Notes under the pieces: generated by a model | Told to the model about the DNA's origin: nothing | Seen by the model: only the letters and a program-made list of their open reading frames with translations | Databases searched by the model: none | Assembly (NCBI GenBank): GCA_965637545.1 | Contig: OZ281500.1 | Span: 6,758,001-6,822,000, forward strand | Direction: 5' to 3' | Origin: Phallusia mammillata | Lineage: Eukaryota | DNA length: 64,000 nt | In this document: positions 44,501 to 56,700 of the stretch, piece by piece | Numbering within the stretch: position 1 is the stretch's first letter | Layout: each line of letters starts with the position of its first letter | Position numbers and translations under genes: made by a program

Positions 44501-46443
44501 CGCGGAGGAAAGAGTATATTTATCCACAAGAAAAAGGTGAGAACATTGCATGTTTTGTTTAAAAATAAATTGGAATTTTTCATGTGATTTGAAACTTTAA
44601 TTTATGTAAGTGTTGAACTTTTTAGGAGATCCAAAGGCACACTACCTCCTCGAAAACGTAGATTTTACAAGTCAGGGGGTAATCAACTCATCCTCAGGCA
44701 CCAACAAAGGCTGCGGCGTGATTCGTTTGTGCTTCCATCACCCGACACAGGTTCAATGTTTAGCGAGACTGACGTCGGATCAGGGAACAACTTTTCACCG
44801 TTCGGTTCCAGCCAATCGTTCGGAACTTCTATCCCATCACCCAAACAACTACGATTCGCATTTCGACTTAACGCGCGTCATCTCTACGGAGATACCACTT
44901 CGATGACATCATCGATGCCAAGTCCATCAGGTAAGCAAGAAGTGGCTCCAATTTTTTTAACGTGCACTTGGACATTGAACTAATCCAGGTTAACGAAATG
45001 ATGTTGTTCGTAGGAAACGAAGGTGAGGGAACCGACAATCCTGGAACTCCTCTTTCACCGTTAATTGCTTACGAACCAAACAAAAGCGGGGTGTGGGGTC
45101 CGGGTGTTTCCCCCCACGACGTGACGATGCCATTCACAGAAAATCTTCGTAAACGCCTCCAAGTTGTCCCGAGTGCTTCACCGTCCGTAACCAGCCGTGG
45201 GCCATTCGACCCAGCAAATGCACCATCAAGCAACAATCAAAATCTGTTAATGATCGCCGATGAAGTTCCACTGAAGTCCGCGCCGAAGGTCGTACAAAAG
45301 GGAAATCATCTTTCTGTGCAGACCAAAGCCGAGTTGAACGCTACCAAACTTCAGACAACGACATTTAATGCATTTCCTAGTTTGGGAAAACGCAGGAAAA
45401 CAGACGATAAAGTGACTTTCGTGGACGACAATAACAACCAACAAGTCGGTTTTGCCACCGCGGAAACTAAACGCGGCAGCGGGACAGGTTTATGGAACGC
45501 CTTTAAATGGTGGAACGCGAAACGGAAACAAAAGAAACAGCCGAGCGTAAACTTCAGGACAGTAAGCTCCGAAAGTGACGTCATGAAGTTTTACGATGAT
45601 CCAATGAAGGTAGCTGACATGATGTCGGTAGAACTCAAAGAAGATTGGGGACTGGAAATGCGAGCGGACGGTACAAAACTAGAAGACAAACCCCTAATGA
45701 AAGTCACCAGAACTGTTTCGAGGTCCGAAGAAGGCAGGAGCGGGGTGCCTGATGACGCCGACAGTGGAATGATGGGAACGGGCGAAATTACGTGGGAAAG
45801 CGAATGTGGCCTGGGTGCTAAATCCCCAAAACAAACTGTCTCCAACAGGCCCAAAACACTAAAAGTTCAAAGTGTATTAGACAAAGAAACAAATAAACTG
45901 GAAGATAACAAGGACTCAAATAGCTTGATTCGTGTGGAATCGAATGAAAATGATAGTTCTGAGCAACCCAAAACTATTGAAGCGGTACTTTCGGACGCGA
46001 GCTCTAGTTTAGGCTCACGAGAAAATGATCACTCTGAAGAGGACGAAGTTCCTCATGATGTGTTGGAAACTATACACACTGATCAATACAAAGATGACCT
46101 ACCGCCACCCTTACCCAAGACGATTGCTGAAATTTCAGCTGAAGAGGAACGAGGTTACAAAAGTTCATCTGACGAAGGATACGAAAGTTCAAATATACCG
46201 CCCAGGGTGATCATGCAAAGTCCAACGCTACGCCACAAAATAAGTGTATTCAGATTGCAAAGTATTCCGGAAAAGGTCAGCGACGATGAATCCCGCGATG
46301 AAGCTAAAATTGTCGAAGGCCACTCGGACGTGCCAGACTTGAAAGGTCAGGAAAATTTGCTTTTTGAGTCAGATGAAATTTGCGATGAGCCAAAAACAGA
46401 AGAAAGTGCAACTACGCCACCTAGTGTAAAACACGATACGTGA
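38502..46443 (+). CDS. BEST: Bestrophin Ca2+-activated anion channel, ~1,190 aa, with a long disordered C-tail
   Basis: [78 protein letters not shown]. Tail exons 43718-43805, 43876-44536, 44626-44929 and 45013-46443 join in frame. The subtype cannot be assigned. Confidence 0.93.
40077..40530. mobile_element. hAT (Charlie/Buster-like) MITE in bestrophin intron 2
   Basis: TIR CAGTGCTCTTCAGCC / GGTTGAAGAGCTCTA, 7/8 TSD (GTCTATAC / GTATATAC), and subterminal GGAACCC repeats. Confidence 0.85.
41922..42340. mobile_element. hAT MITE in a bestrophin intron
   Basis: 16-bp TIR CAGTGGTTCCCAAACT / AGTTTGGGAACCGCTG and a perfect 8-bp TSD CTGTAGGG (41914-41921, 42341-42348). Confidence 0.93.
43446..43560 (+). 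mobile_element. Short tRNA-derived SINE or retroposed tRNA-like copy
   Basis: A box TGGCCGAATGG, B box GGTTCGAACCC, oligo-A tail, and a 14-bp TSD AAGAAACAGTTAAA (43432-43445, 43561-43574). Confidence 0.88.
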
Positions 46444-48275
46444 CGTCACTTCAGCTACAGCAACACGAAAAAACGCTTCGACTTACTTTAACAAATGCAT
46501 TGTCTTTAGCGTTTTATAATATGGAATATCACATATTGTGAAAAAAACTTGACAAAAGTAAATATTCGTGCGTTTTTTTGCTGGCTGCATTTGTATGTTA
46601 TGGATTACTTTTCATTCCGCTTGTGCATTGCTTTAGGTTTAAGTCATTGTACAATTGTCAAAATAATTCTGTGCCTTGTCATAATATGGTTTATTGTGCA
46701 TCTACAACGGACACGTTTCCATGGCGTATGTGCAAACGCATTTTTTTGTATGTTCCCACTGTTTTTACCTCGATGGTACTAAGTTTAACTTGTCCTCGTT
46801 TCAAATTTCTACTGTGTTTGCAATGGTTACTGATTTGAACATTTCTGCCGCATTCCATTGGTTGGAGCGAACAGATGAACCAACAAATTCGACTGTTTTG
46901 TATTTTTGCTACATATTGTCATGTACATAGTATCCCATTTAGAACACGTGTCTGTGCAATGCAATAATCTTTAATTTTGACATATCTAGTTTTTAATACA
47001 TTTTTTTCAGGTTGATCCTGCTCATCGATTTTTTTCTTAGTTCCTTGACAGTTAGAGTCGTCTCGCAAGCAAATACATTTATAGGAATAAGAATTGTACT
47101 GGGTGAATCGGTTGGATATAAAGATGCAAAGATCTAGCATATCTTACCCAACGCACGGTGTGATAAGTACAGTGGACGTTTATATGCACGGATTTGGCGG
47201 ATCCAACCGAAAGCGTGACCAAAAACATTTGCGCAGAAGAGCACTTCTAATGCAGCGACCTTCTTCTGCAAAAATCGTGCAAGCGCCGCAATTAGTGACT
47301 TCTACAGCGTCTGTTGCTTCAGGTCGTGCTTTGCACAGCAACGAGTCCAAACTGGCGTATATTGCACCTCACTGATTTCACCAACTTACACAACCGCATT
47401 GTAGTACAGTTAACTATTCGTGCGTTTGTAAACTTGAATGAATTGCGTTTCAGCAATTTTTTACAAAAAAATACTTACAAATTGTGCCGAAAAGTTAACT
47501 AACACCAAATTATTTAATTAGCCTTGACTTCTTGCACGGGGTTTAAATACTGGACGCTTTCGGGAAAATATCTTAAACAAGATTATTTTAGGTTCGTTTA
47601 TGGGTTATGCGCCTCGGACCGTACGGTAAGAGTCTATTCCAATAGCATGGACTTGCGAGTACTGAAGTCAAGAGAAGCGTAGCATCTCGTGCGTTGAAGA
47701 AAAGCGCAGCAACTGCTCAAAGCTGCGATGAAAACCTTTCAACGGCCTCAGCAATTAATAAACCTAATCGTATTTTGGAATTCAAATACAGCATTACAGG
47801 TTACCATTGATATGGTACATTTTTAAATATCTCTGCATTTCGTGTTTTGATCTTCACGTTACAACGTTATAGTTGCTAAATCCCACCCTTGCAGCAGCTA
47901 TTCTGGCGTGCCCAAAACAAACATGTCGATACTTATTCACAACCCCGTTATCCGGCAGTTCAGCAAAGTTGACATTGTGGTTACTTTAGCCAACCAACAT
48001 GCGAAGTAAGTGTAGGTTAAAGTGCAGGTGCCTAGAGGCGATTTAAATGTGTAATAAGCAAGTTTGAAACATGCAACAAGTATGTAAGATCATATATCAG
48101 AGTGCTTATACACAGTCAAGGCCGGTGTTATTTCGATCACGATGTTATTTGAGCAACAGGCAATCGACCACACGATGTTTCGATTTTATAGTTTTTTGAG
48201 ACTTAACTTCGACAACCTGCTTTGCAGATTTGTTTACATAAAGCTGTACAGAGAAGTTTTGAAACAAACGCTAAG

Positions 48276-49088
48276 ATGGGAAAGGTTACTTTGGGCTACT
48301 ACAACCTTCGCGGCCTATGTGGACCGATCAAAATGATGTTGGAATGGCTTGAAATTCCATATGACATGAAATACTACTATATGGGAGAGGGTCCGGAATT
48401 CGACCAGAGCCAATGGTTTAACGACAAGCCAACGATAGGAATCGACTTTGGAAACCTCCCATTCTTCATCGATGGAGATCTGAAGTTGGCCGAAAGCTTC
48501 GCAATACTTCGTCACATCGCCAGAAGCAATAAGATCTTCTACACCGAAACTGATGAGGAACATAGAGCTTGCGATGCCGCACAAGGCGCCATACAAGATT
48601 TTAGAACATCAGTGATTGAGGTAATGTTAATGTTTATCCAAATATTCAGTCATTTTATATCCAGGCAACCTAAACGTTTTTCACCAAACGAAAATTATTG
48701 CTTTGTAACCATGCTCGGTAAATAATTCTCATTGAAACAAAATATTATTGTGTTTTTGCAGGTGGCCTATAGTTCAAACTTCGAAGAGGCTAAACGAAAA
48801 TATATATCAAACCTATCAACCACACTGGGAAACTTTGAAAGGGTGCTAGCAAAACGGCAATGGCTCGCTGGTGATCAACTGCTGTATGTGGATTTCGTTT
48901 TCGCTGATGTCCTAGACTGGCTTGAGATAATGGAACCAGGGTGTCTATAGGTTCTTTCAAATGTTAAGAAATACTACGAAAGTTTTGAAAGTCTGGAAAA
49001 GGTGGCAAAGTACAAGAAATCGGATCAATACCACCGCTTGCCTATCATGTCAAGAAAAGCTACGTGGGGCGGCCAACCAGTACTATGA
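48276..49088 (+). CDS. GSTM: Mu-class-like glutathione S-transferase 1, interrupted by an in-frame TAG at 48948-48950
   Basis: Exons 48276-48620 and 48762-49088; GYYNLRGL, mu-loop, FGNLPFFIDGDLKLAES. The frame stays open and paralog-like for 45 codons after the TAG. Confidence 0.85.
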
Positions 49089-49958
49089 TTTGTGTATTGG
49101 TAAATACTTGGGTTCCATGCAAAAACATTGATTGTGAACATAATACAAGCCACTGAATGTAATACACTTGTCAGGGTGCACAGGCTGTACTGTTTGCAAC
49201 CACCTTCTCAAACAGATTACTATGTAACATGGGATTCTAAATGCTCCAAAAACATTTTGCTTGCGTTTCATCTATAGTGAAAGGTTACAAAAAAGCCCTC
49301 TGGCGACCACGGACACGACTTGCTAAACCGTATTTTTGCGATGACACAACCAATTTTTGTATTTCTTGCTCTCACGTTGGCGTATTTCTCTACTGCATCA
49401 GCACGACAGCTAGTCATGCAAGGGAGGCGATATTCAAAATCTTCTTGCAAGAATGCGGCCGCAAACCTTTGTTTGAAATGGTAACTTTGTCTTGTAATTT
49501 TAACAAACAGTCATGACAAAGCAAATTTATCATTGGGTACGTGACGCGATTTGTAGGTCATATGGCGTCTGGTGCCAAAAATCAGATTAAAAATAGTACA
49601 AGCCATATCGACTGTAGTGGTCAGTCAATACATTTTTAAACCTTTAATTATCTCGAACATAAACAAAACATTTGGGAGAACCGACCACGAACTCGTCAGG
49701 GACCCACGTTTTTCGAACACTACCGTGCACAAGGACTGGAAATCAATTTTGCACGGCAATTGACGAATCATAGCTGATAGAATAGGGGTTGCTAAGGCGG
49801 CTCGTGTCTTTGAGCTGGTATAATAACAAAAGATGCGCAGGCAAACAGAGAATCGTATTTAAAAAATTAGAACATTATGCGTTGAATTTAATTCTGATTA
49901 TTGTGCTTTTGTAGACAAACTAGCATATCCAACTCTTAGAACTGCTGTGATTGCAGAA

Positions 49959-50764
49959 ATGTCTTCACTATTCAGAAAATTGACGCCCAAATCCCAAAAA
50001 GGCACGATTACTCTAACCTACTTTAAGTTTCGCGGCATTTGTCTACCAATAAAAATGATGCTGGAATGGCTTGAAGTTCCTTACGATTACCAACATTACT
50101 ACATGGGAGAAGGTCCCAAGTTTGATTTGAGCGATTGGGTTACCGATAAGCAAACTCTGGGAATCGACTTTGCAAATCTACCATTCTACACCGAAGGAGG
50201 TATGAGATTGGCCGAAAGTTTCGCCATACTGCGTCACATCGCCCGAAGCAGCAGAATGTTTTATCCCAAAACTGATGAAGAAGAAAGAGCCTGCGATGTT
50301 GCACAAGGAGCTACACAGGATTTTAGGACCGCAGTGATTGATGTAACTATAATGTTTGCTTTTTTCATTTGTTTTCCGTTTTAATTCATTGCAAGCACAG
50401 CTCGGGAAAAAAATTGCTAATTTAAATATTCTTGCAGGTTGCTTACAATTCAAACTATAGAGAGGCTAAAGACAATTTCGTAGCAAACCTATCCACCACA
50501 CTGGGAAACTTTGAAAGGGTGCTGGCGAGTCGTCAATGGCTGACTGGTAACAAGATGATGTATGTGGATTTCGTTTTCGCTGATGTTCTCGACTGGCTTG
50601 AATTAATGGAACCAGGATGTCTAGATGTTATTCCAAATGTAAAACTGTACTATGTGCGTTTTGAGGGCCAGCCACAAGTGGTAAGGTACAAGAGATCAGA
50701 TAAATATTACAAGTTCCCGGTTATGTCCAGAAAGGCTGCGTGGGGTGGAGAACCTGTGCTGTAA
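49959..50764 (+). CDS. GSTM: Mu-class-like glutathione S-transferase 2 (intact tandem paralog)
   Basis: Exons 49959-50342 and 50438-50764, with the same intron position as GST1. FANLPFYTEG, ends WGGEPVL*. Confidence 0.93.
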
Positions 50765-51859
50765 TTTGCATTTCTGCAAATTGTTGGATTATGTTTGAAA
50801 TGTGTTTTGTGCATGGGTGTACTACAAGTCTAATTTGTAAATTAGTAATAATCATAACCTACAATATAATATACTCGACAATTGTCGCTTGTGCATTGCT
50901 GCAGGGATGTTTGTAAATTCAAATCAGGCGATTCAACTGAGGCAAAACGTTAATTGTTGGAAGAGTGCCAGGGAAAATCCATTTTTTCGTTAAAAAAAGA
51001 AACATTACTTTGTGAAGTCTTGAGCAAAAAGGTCTAACATGTACGCGTAACAAATATTTCCACTAATACGAGACATTCATTTCTTTCTCTTCTCAGTATG
51101 AACAGATTCTTTAATACCAGGTGCAGCTGCTGTGTATATACCACCACACTTTCCATTTTACTATTACATTAGTGTATTTGCAATCGTTAGGTTTTTGCAG
51201 CTGCGTCCTGTGGTTTTTCTGCCAGAAGATCAAACAGTGTTAAAATATTTGTACGCTCACTCACACGTGTACATACGCAAAACAATACCTCCGACCGTTT
51301 CACCCACCCACCAAAACCATGTGTCTGGGAGCGTTAAAATTGATCCAAGAGATATATTCAATTTAGGAATTCTATTAAAGTAATAGTATTACTAAAGTAA
51401 GCTACAGCATTTAGTTTGAGGAGATGGTTATCTTTGAACTGATATATTTTGTTTGAAGTTCCAAAATAATGGAAAATTTCGGTTAATTGCAAGACAGCAT
51501 GTCTCAAAAATTATTATTGATTAAGATGTATATTTTTGTTCCTACTGCAAATAACATATGCAAAGGCAATTTTTCATTTCATAATTCTGCAATAGCATGA
51601 AACAAACCTGTGGGCATTCTAACCCCTGCAAGTTTAAACTATTTACAGTGACATAAATTGCCATGTCAAATGTAACCAATTTGAATAAACATGATACAGT
51701 AACATCAAGCTCCAAAATATACATGCAAAAAAAACTTCTGCATATTTGTAAACTTGATACACAATGATTTGAAAACAAAAAAGACTTCATTGTTTGCCAA
51801 TATTATGTGAAAAATGATAGTAGTACACAGCACATAGCAATAAAATCTTAAAGAGCAAG

Positions 51860-52546
51860 TTAGTCTAGGGTTGTTTTCCCTCCCCAATAGCTGTATTTAC
51901 TGTTTATTGGAAGCTTTTGAAATCTAGGGGAACTCCGATAGGCTTTTATAGTGGGTAATGTCATAAAGTTGTTGTAGTAATCATGAATGTTTTGGGGACA
52001 ATCGTCGAGAAATCTTGGAAATAGTAATTTAATTTGGTCCAGAGCTTCACACAGTGCAAAGTCAACAAACATTAAATCTTTGCCAATCAACCATTTGTTT
52101 GTTCCTAAAAACAAGCCAAATCTTTGCAGGTCTTTCAGGAGCCGCAAATGAAATTGTTTTTTGTTGGCTTCAAAGTTTTCTGTTGTTGAATAGTATGTTA
52201 GAGATATAAATCGGTACCGAAAATCTTCAATGACCCCTTGCAGCATATCACAATTTATTTCCTGTTCTTCTGTGGTTGCTGTTAAAGTACTCTGTTTTCT
52301 TGCAATGTATCTCATTATTGCCCAACTTTCACTAAGCTTTATATCACCATCAATAAGGTAAGGCACATTTGGAAAGTCAAATCCAAGCGTTGCCTTATCA
52401 TGCTGCCACTCTTTACGTTCATAGGTTGGAGCATCCCCAGTAGGGTAGATTTTGTTTACATATTTTAACTCCAAATACTCAAACATGAGTCTAATTGGTT
52501 CACCAAGACATCTGATATCCCAGTAAGCCAAGATTGGCAAAGACAT
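51860..52546 (-). CDS. GSTM: Mu-class-like glutathione S-transferase 3, single coding exon
   Basis: MSLPILAYWDIRCLGEPIR, mu-loop, FPNVPYLIDGDIKLSES, WLIGKDLMFVDF. A splice acceptor lies 5 nt before the ATG. Confidence 0.93.
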   Translation of the reverse strand: MSLPILAYWDIRCLGEPIRLMFEYLELKYVNKIYPTGDAPTYERKEWQHDKATLGFDFPNVPYLIDGDIKLSESWAIMRYIARKQSTLTATTEEQEINCDMLQGVIEDFRYRFISLTYYSTTENFEANKKQFHLRLLKDLQRFGLFLGTNKWLIGKDLMFVDFALCEALDQIKLLFPRFLDDCPQNIHDYYNNFMTLPTIKAYRSSPRFQKLPINSKYSYWGGKTTLD

Positions 52547-53734
52547 TGTACCTGGTGAGTTTAATAAGCCTAACAAACAAAGGTTGGGTGTCAGGTACAA
52601 ACTACATTGTGTAACCAAAGCTGAAATTCACTTATCTGCCATAAATGCCATGCATATCTTTAACACACCTAAAGCAGAAGATTAAAACAAGTGCAAACAG
52701 TTCGAAAACAAACCGCAGTTCACTGATAACTGACGCCTTTCTTTGCATCGTTGGACATGGAACATTTGCTTCATCATTGCGTCAACACATTAGACCGGTT
52801 TGTTTGCTAGTGCCTCGTGACGTAAAAAAAATTGGCGCGCGAACTTCATTAATCCATAGAAATCATTTTGTTCTGTGTCGAAACCACATCCATGTCACTT
52901 AGGGATCAATCTTCTAATGAAAAAAACAAACATTTCCAAACAATGACAGCATGCCGCAAAAATTCACTTTCTAAATTAATATGCAAAGCAAAAGTTTTGG
53001 CGACTTCACTCGCAGTTTCAGCACCTATTTGAGCAGTTGTCTCCGCGCTAGCTCAAATTCTGCATTGAACTCAACAGCAATTTTCTAATAATGTTTTTAA
53101 CGTCAGATCCACACTATCAGGTAGCCTACAATCTATATTGTAAAAGCAATGCTGTTACCCTAACACATCTGTCATAAATATCATGTATATCAGTACAGAA
53201 ACTCATCTCAAAGCAGCAGACTAAGACAATTGAATACAGTTCGAAAATGAACAAAGTTTACTGCACACCGACGATGAAACGTTATTTCGGACTTGGAACC
53301 TTGCTTTATTAATGTGTCAACTCGTTCGTGCAGCCGGTTTGCTCGAACTCTTTGATGAAATATAGTTGATCAAACGCTACCTCACCCTGATTATTAAATT
53401 GTTTGATTTTTCGGCCTAATATTTTGATGAGAACACTTGCCCAAACAACAGCAGCAACAGCATATGCTGCGCTCACTACCGTATGTTAAAATGTAAAGCA
53501 AAATCGTTGGCGTTTCATTTTTTGCCGTCAAAGTGATATAGGCACACTGTTTTTACACATACAACCGTATCAATACTATTTTCCAGTTGCGGATTTAGAA
53601 CGGAGAAGTACTCATTTTTCCGTGCAAGCTCAAACACTGAATGAAGCAATTTTAAAATTAACGGCAATTTCACTCATGATCCATTTGACATTATGTCCAC
53701 ACTGTGTATGTTATTTTTTACAGTGTACATAATT

Positions 53735-56700
53735 TCAACATGTTGTTTCCAATAAACAGCTGATGAAAAAACGATGAAGGAATCGGTACTGTCTCTGTGT
53801 AAATGCGAAAACATTAATTACCCAGGTGCATTACTTCGTCGGTCGACATAAGAATGAACATCTACTTTAGGCTACAATATTATCGACGCAAGTTGTTGTT
53901 ATTACCAAAACACAATCTTGTTTACCAACTGGCAAAAGAGTACCCACCTTGCTTGACACCATCCCGGGGCGTACATCGCGTAAATCTTTAACAGTGCGAA
54001 ATATATCCACATTTCCCGTTCGGGATTGTGCTGTCTGTACTAGTTTCAGTGCTGCAAGGAATAGCCCGCACCTGTTTGACCCATCACTGAACAAAAATAA
54101 AATCGAAGTTTGGCCAATGTGTGTCCAAATAGAAACCCATGCGGCCAAGCATTTTGCAAGCCTGGGGTTCCGACGTAGAAGATATATGTTGCTTTGTATA
54201 AATAGAAGAACGAAGAGCTTTTGTAAAATGTATGAAAGAGCTTTTGTGATTGTGAGAAATAACTGTCATTACTAAAAATGTTGGTTTTATACCGCTTTGC
54301 AGGCGGTTGCCACCCGTTTTCAGCTAACTCCGAGCAAGTGCTTATTTTGCACTTCCCCAAAAGCATAAATACGTTTACAATACGGTTCGTGTGTTTTATG
54401 TTCTAATGCTTGGATAACAACGCCATGTCTGCCTCACTTGACAACAACAACAGTCCTAATCACATATTCAAGCATTTTAAAACATCAGGTTTTTAAGCAT
54501 TGTACATACAAATCAATCGAGTCTTCCATGGTGTAAGAGAGCCTAAAGGACCGATTTGCAATCTTAGTGCTGTTTACCTGCATTGAACTAACAATGTGCC
54601 TCCTCTGTTTGTGTGAATCCGCTGAACAGTTTGAATAAACTCCCAAAAAGATTCACAACTGCCAGGAACATTGTGCTCATTCCAGTTAATGAAATGCAAC
54701 TGTACAATGCTAGGCTTATCCTAAAAAAGCAAAAGAAAGTGCATATAAGTTGGTAACGACTTTGCAATCCCAGATAGAGCCCATTTTTTGAAGAAAGTTT
54801 TACCCTTCCAAGTGGATGTAAAACTTACACTTCCAATGTTAAACTTTCGTTGAACACAGCTTGGATTAACAGGAATTTGTTTGTTGAAACTGACAGATAA
54901 TTTCCCATATCTTGTTGTCTGGCCAGCACTTCTGGGCCAATAATCAGGAACACCCTGATAACAAACACACCAAAAATAGCATGAAGAAACCAAATGATTA
55001 AAATTTGATGTACTGTACATGCATACATGGTTCCTTTCCACATAACAAAACAATAAGATTTACGTCACATACAGAAACCAAACTCCAAAAATCCTCCACA
55101 ACTTCAGGATAAGGGTATTGTGCAACAATAACACTTCCACCTTCTTTAACATTCTAAAGCATATTTCCTGGTGTAAAATGCTATTAGCAAAGCTGCAACA
55201 AACTCAAACTCTACCTGAAAAAGCGAAGCATTGTAATAAAAAAGAGATTTTGGATGTTCTTGTGGCATTTGGAGTAGGTGTTTGTCATCTATAGAAAATA
55301 TTAATTGTACTGGTAAATTGCTCAACATTGATGGAAATTGCCCAGAGATAAAACTTACATGGCAAGACAGCATCAATACGGTTCTTTGATTTATTTTCAT
55401 CAAGTTGGGCCACTCCTTGCGAAGTGTGAATAGGTTTTATCAAGTCAAGTTTGTTAAACTCTGTTTCATAACCAGTAACTCCATTGCTTCTTTTTCTGTG
55501 ACACAAACATGTAAGAAATTCTTTTGCCAAATCTTGGGAGAAAAAGAGTTAAAACACAGATAGAAGCTTTGGAAAATAGTCATCAAATAAATTGTGAAAA
55601 CAACATACAATTGAAGCTCTTTCATTCTTGTAGCGATTTTGAGTTTTGGAAAATCTGTTTTTCCCAGACAATGAAATTCCACTAAAAGTTTGTGAAGAAA
55701 AATGTATTGCCTCTGACAAAATCAAAGTTTGAATTAAAATACCAAGACAAATAAAAGTCAAAATTATCAAGAGGCCTAAGCTATTCTTGTTAATAAGCTT
55801 CTAATGTGTCCGTAATTATGGTAACAGGTGGTCAAATTTATATTGTATTTTGTTAACATGTAGCTTAGAAGCAACAAACATAGTACCACATATGGTAAAA
55901 ATACTTTGTGTTTTGCTAACAAAATAATAGGTAAATCATCTCACAAAACTAAGTATCTTTTTTATTTTTTAATCCAAAATTTTGGAAATGCAGACCAAAG
56001 ATTTTTCATATTTTAATGTCCAACTAGATTACTTACTGCATTGGCAACCAATCCATATCTTTGCCTTCTGAGGAGTTTTACTGTTTCAGCCACATTCAAA
56101 TAGTTTGAATATTTTATAGAAGTAAGAAGAAAATCAAGGCACACAAACACACCAGACCTTCCACAACCATCACTAAAATATTGATTTAAGTGCTAACAAA
56201 CATGCTTATGAAATTATATTTACAGAATAAACACATGATAATGCATAAAAATTGAACCTGCAAATGACTGTTGTAGATGAATCAAACACAGTACGGTAAA
56301 CTTCAATGTATTTGCAGTAAAAAGCCAAAAAATCAGAAGTAGAATTGGGGCATTCTGGGCCTTGCCACCAATTGAAGTGGAGCATAGTAACAGCTTTGGT
56401 TACCTACATAAGAATAACAGTCACCTATCATCACAATTGAAAATACAACAGCTAAAACACAACACTTTTTGTGTACTTTGTCAACCAAAGCAAGTGTTGT
56501 AATATTGTACCATTTAGTTAAAAAGGGGTGTTGTTACTTACCGTTGGGTTCTCAACCATAGATAACTTCAAAATTCTGACAGAATAACTGGCATGGTCTG
56601 TTTCAGAAATGCATTCAACTGTAAGTTGTTGCAGTTGTTTAAATTCTCCATGCACAGGCCAGAACTTCATCTCAATACAAACACATAAAAATAGAATCAA

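Noticed and set aside
47094-47502. ORF MQRSSISYPTHG... downstream of bestrophin
   Set aside because: No signal peptide, domain or exon support; either strand is equally plausible. It may be UTR or lncRNA.
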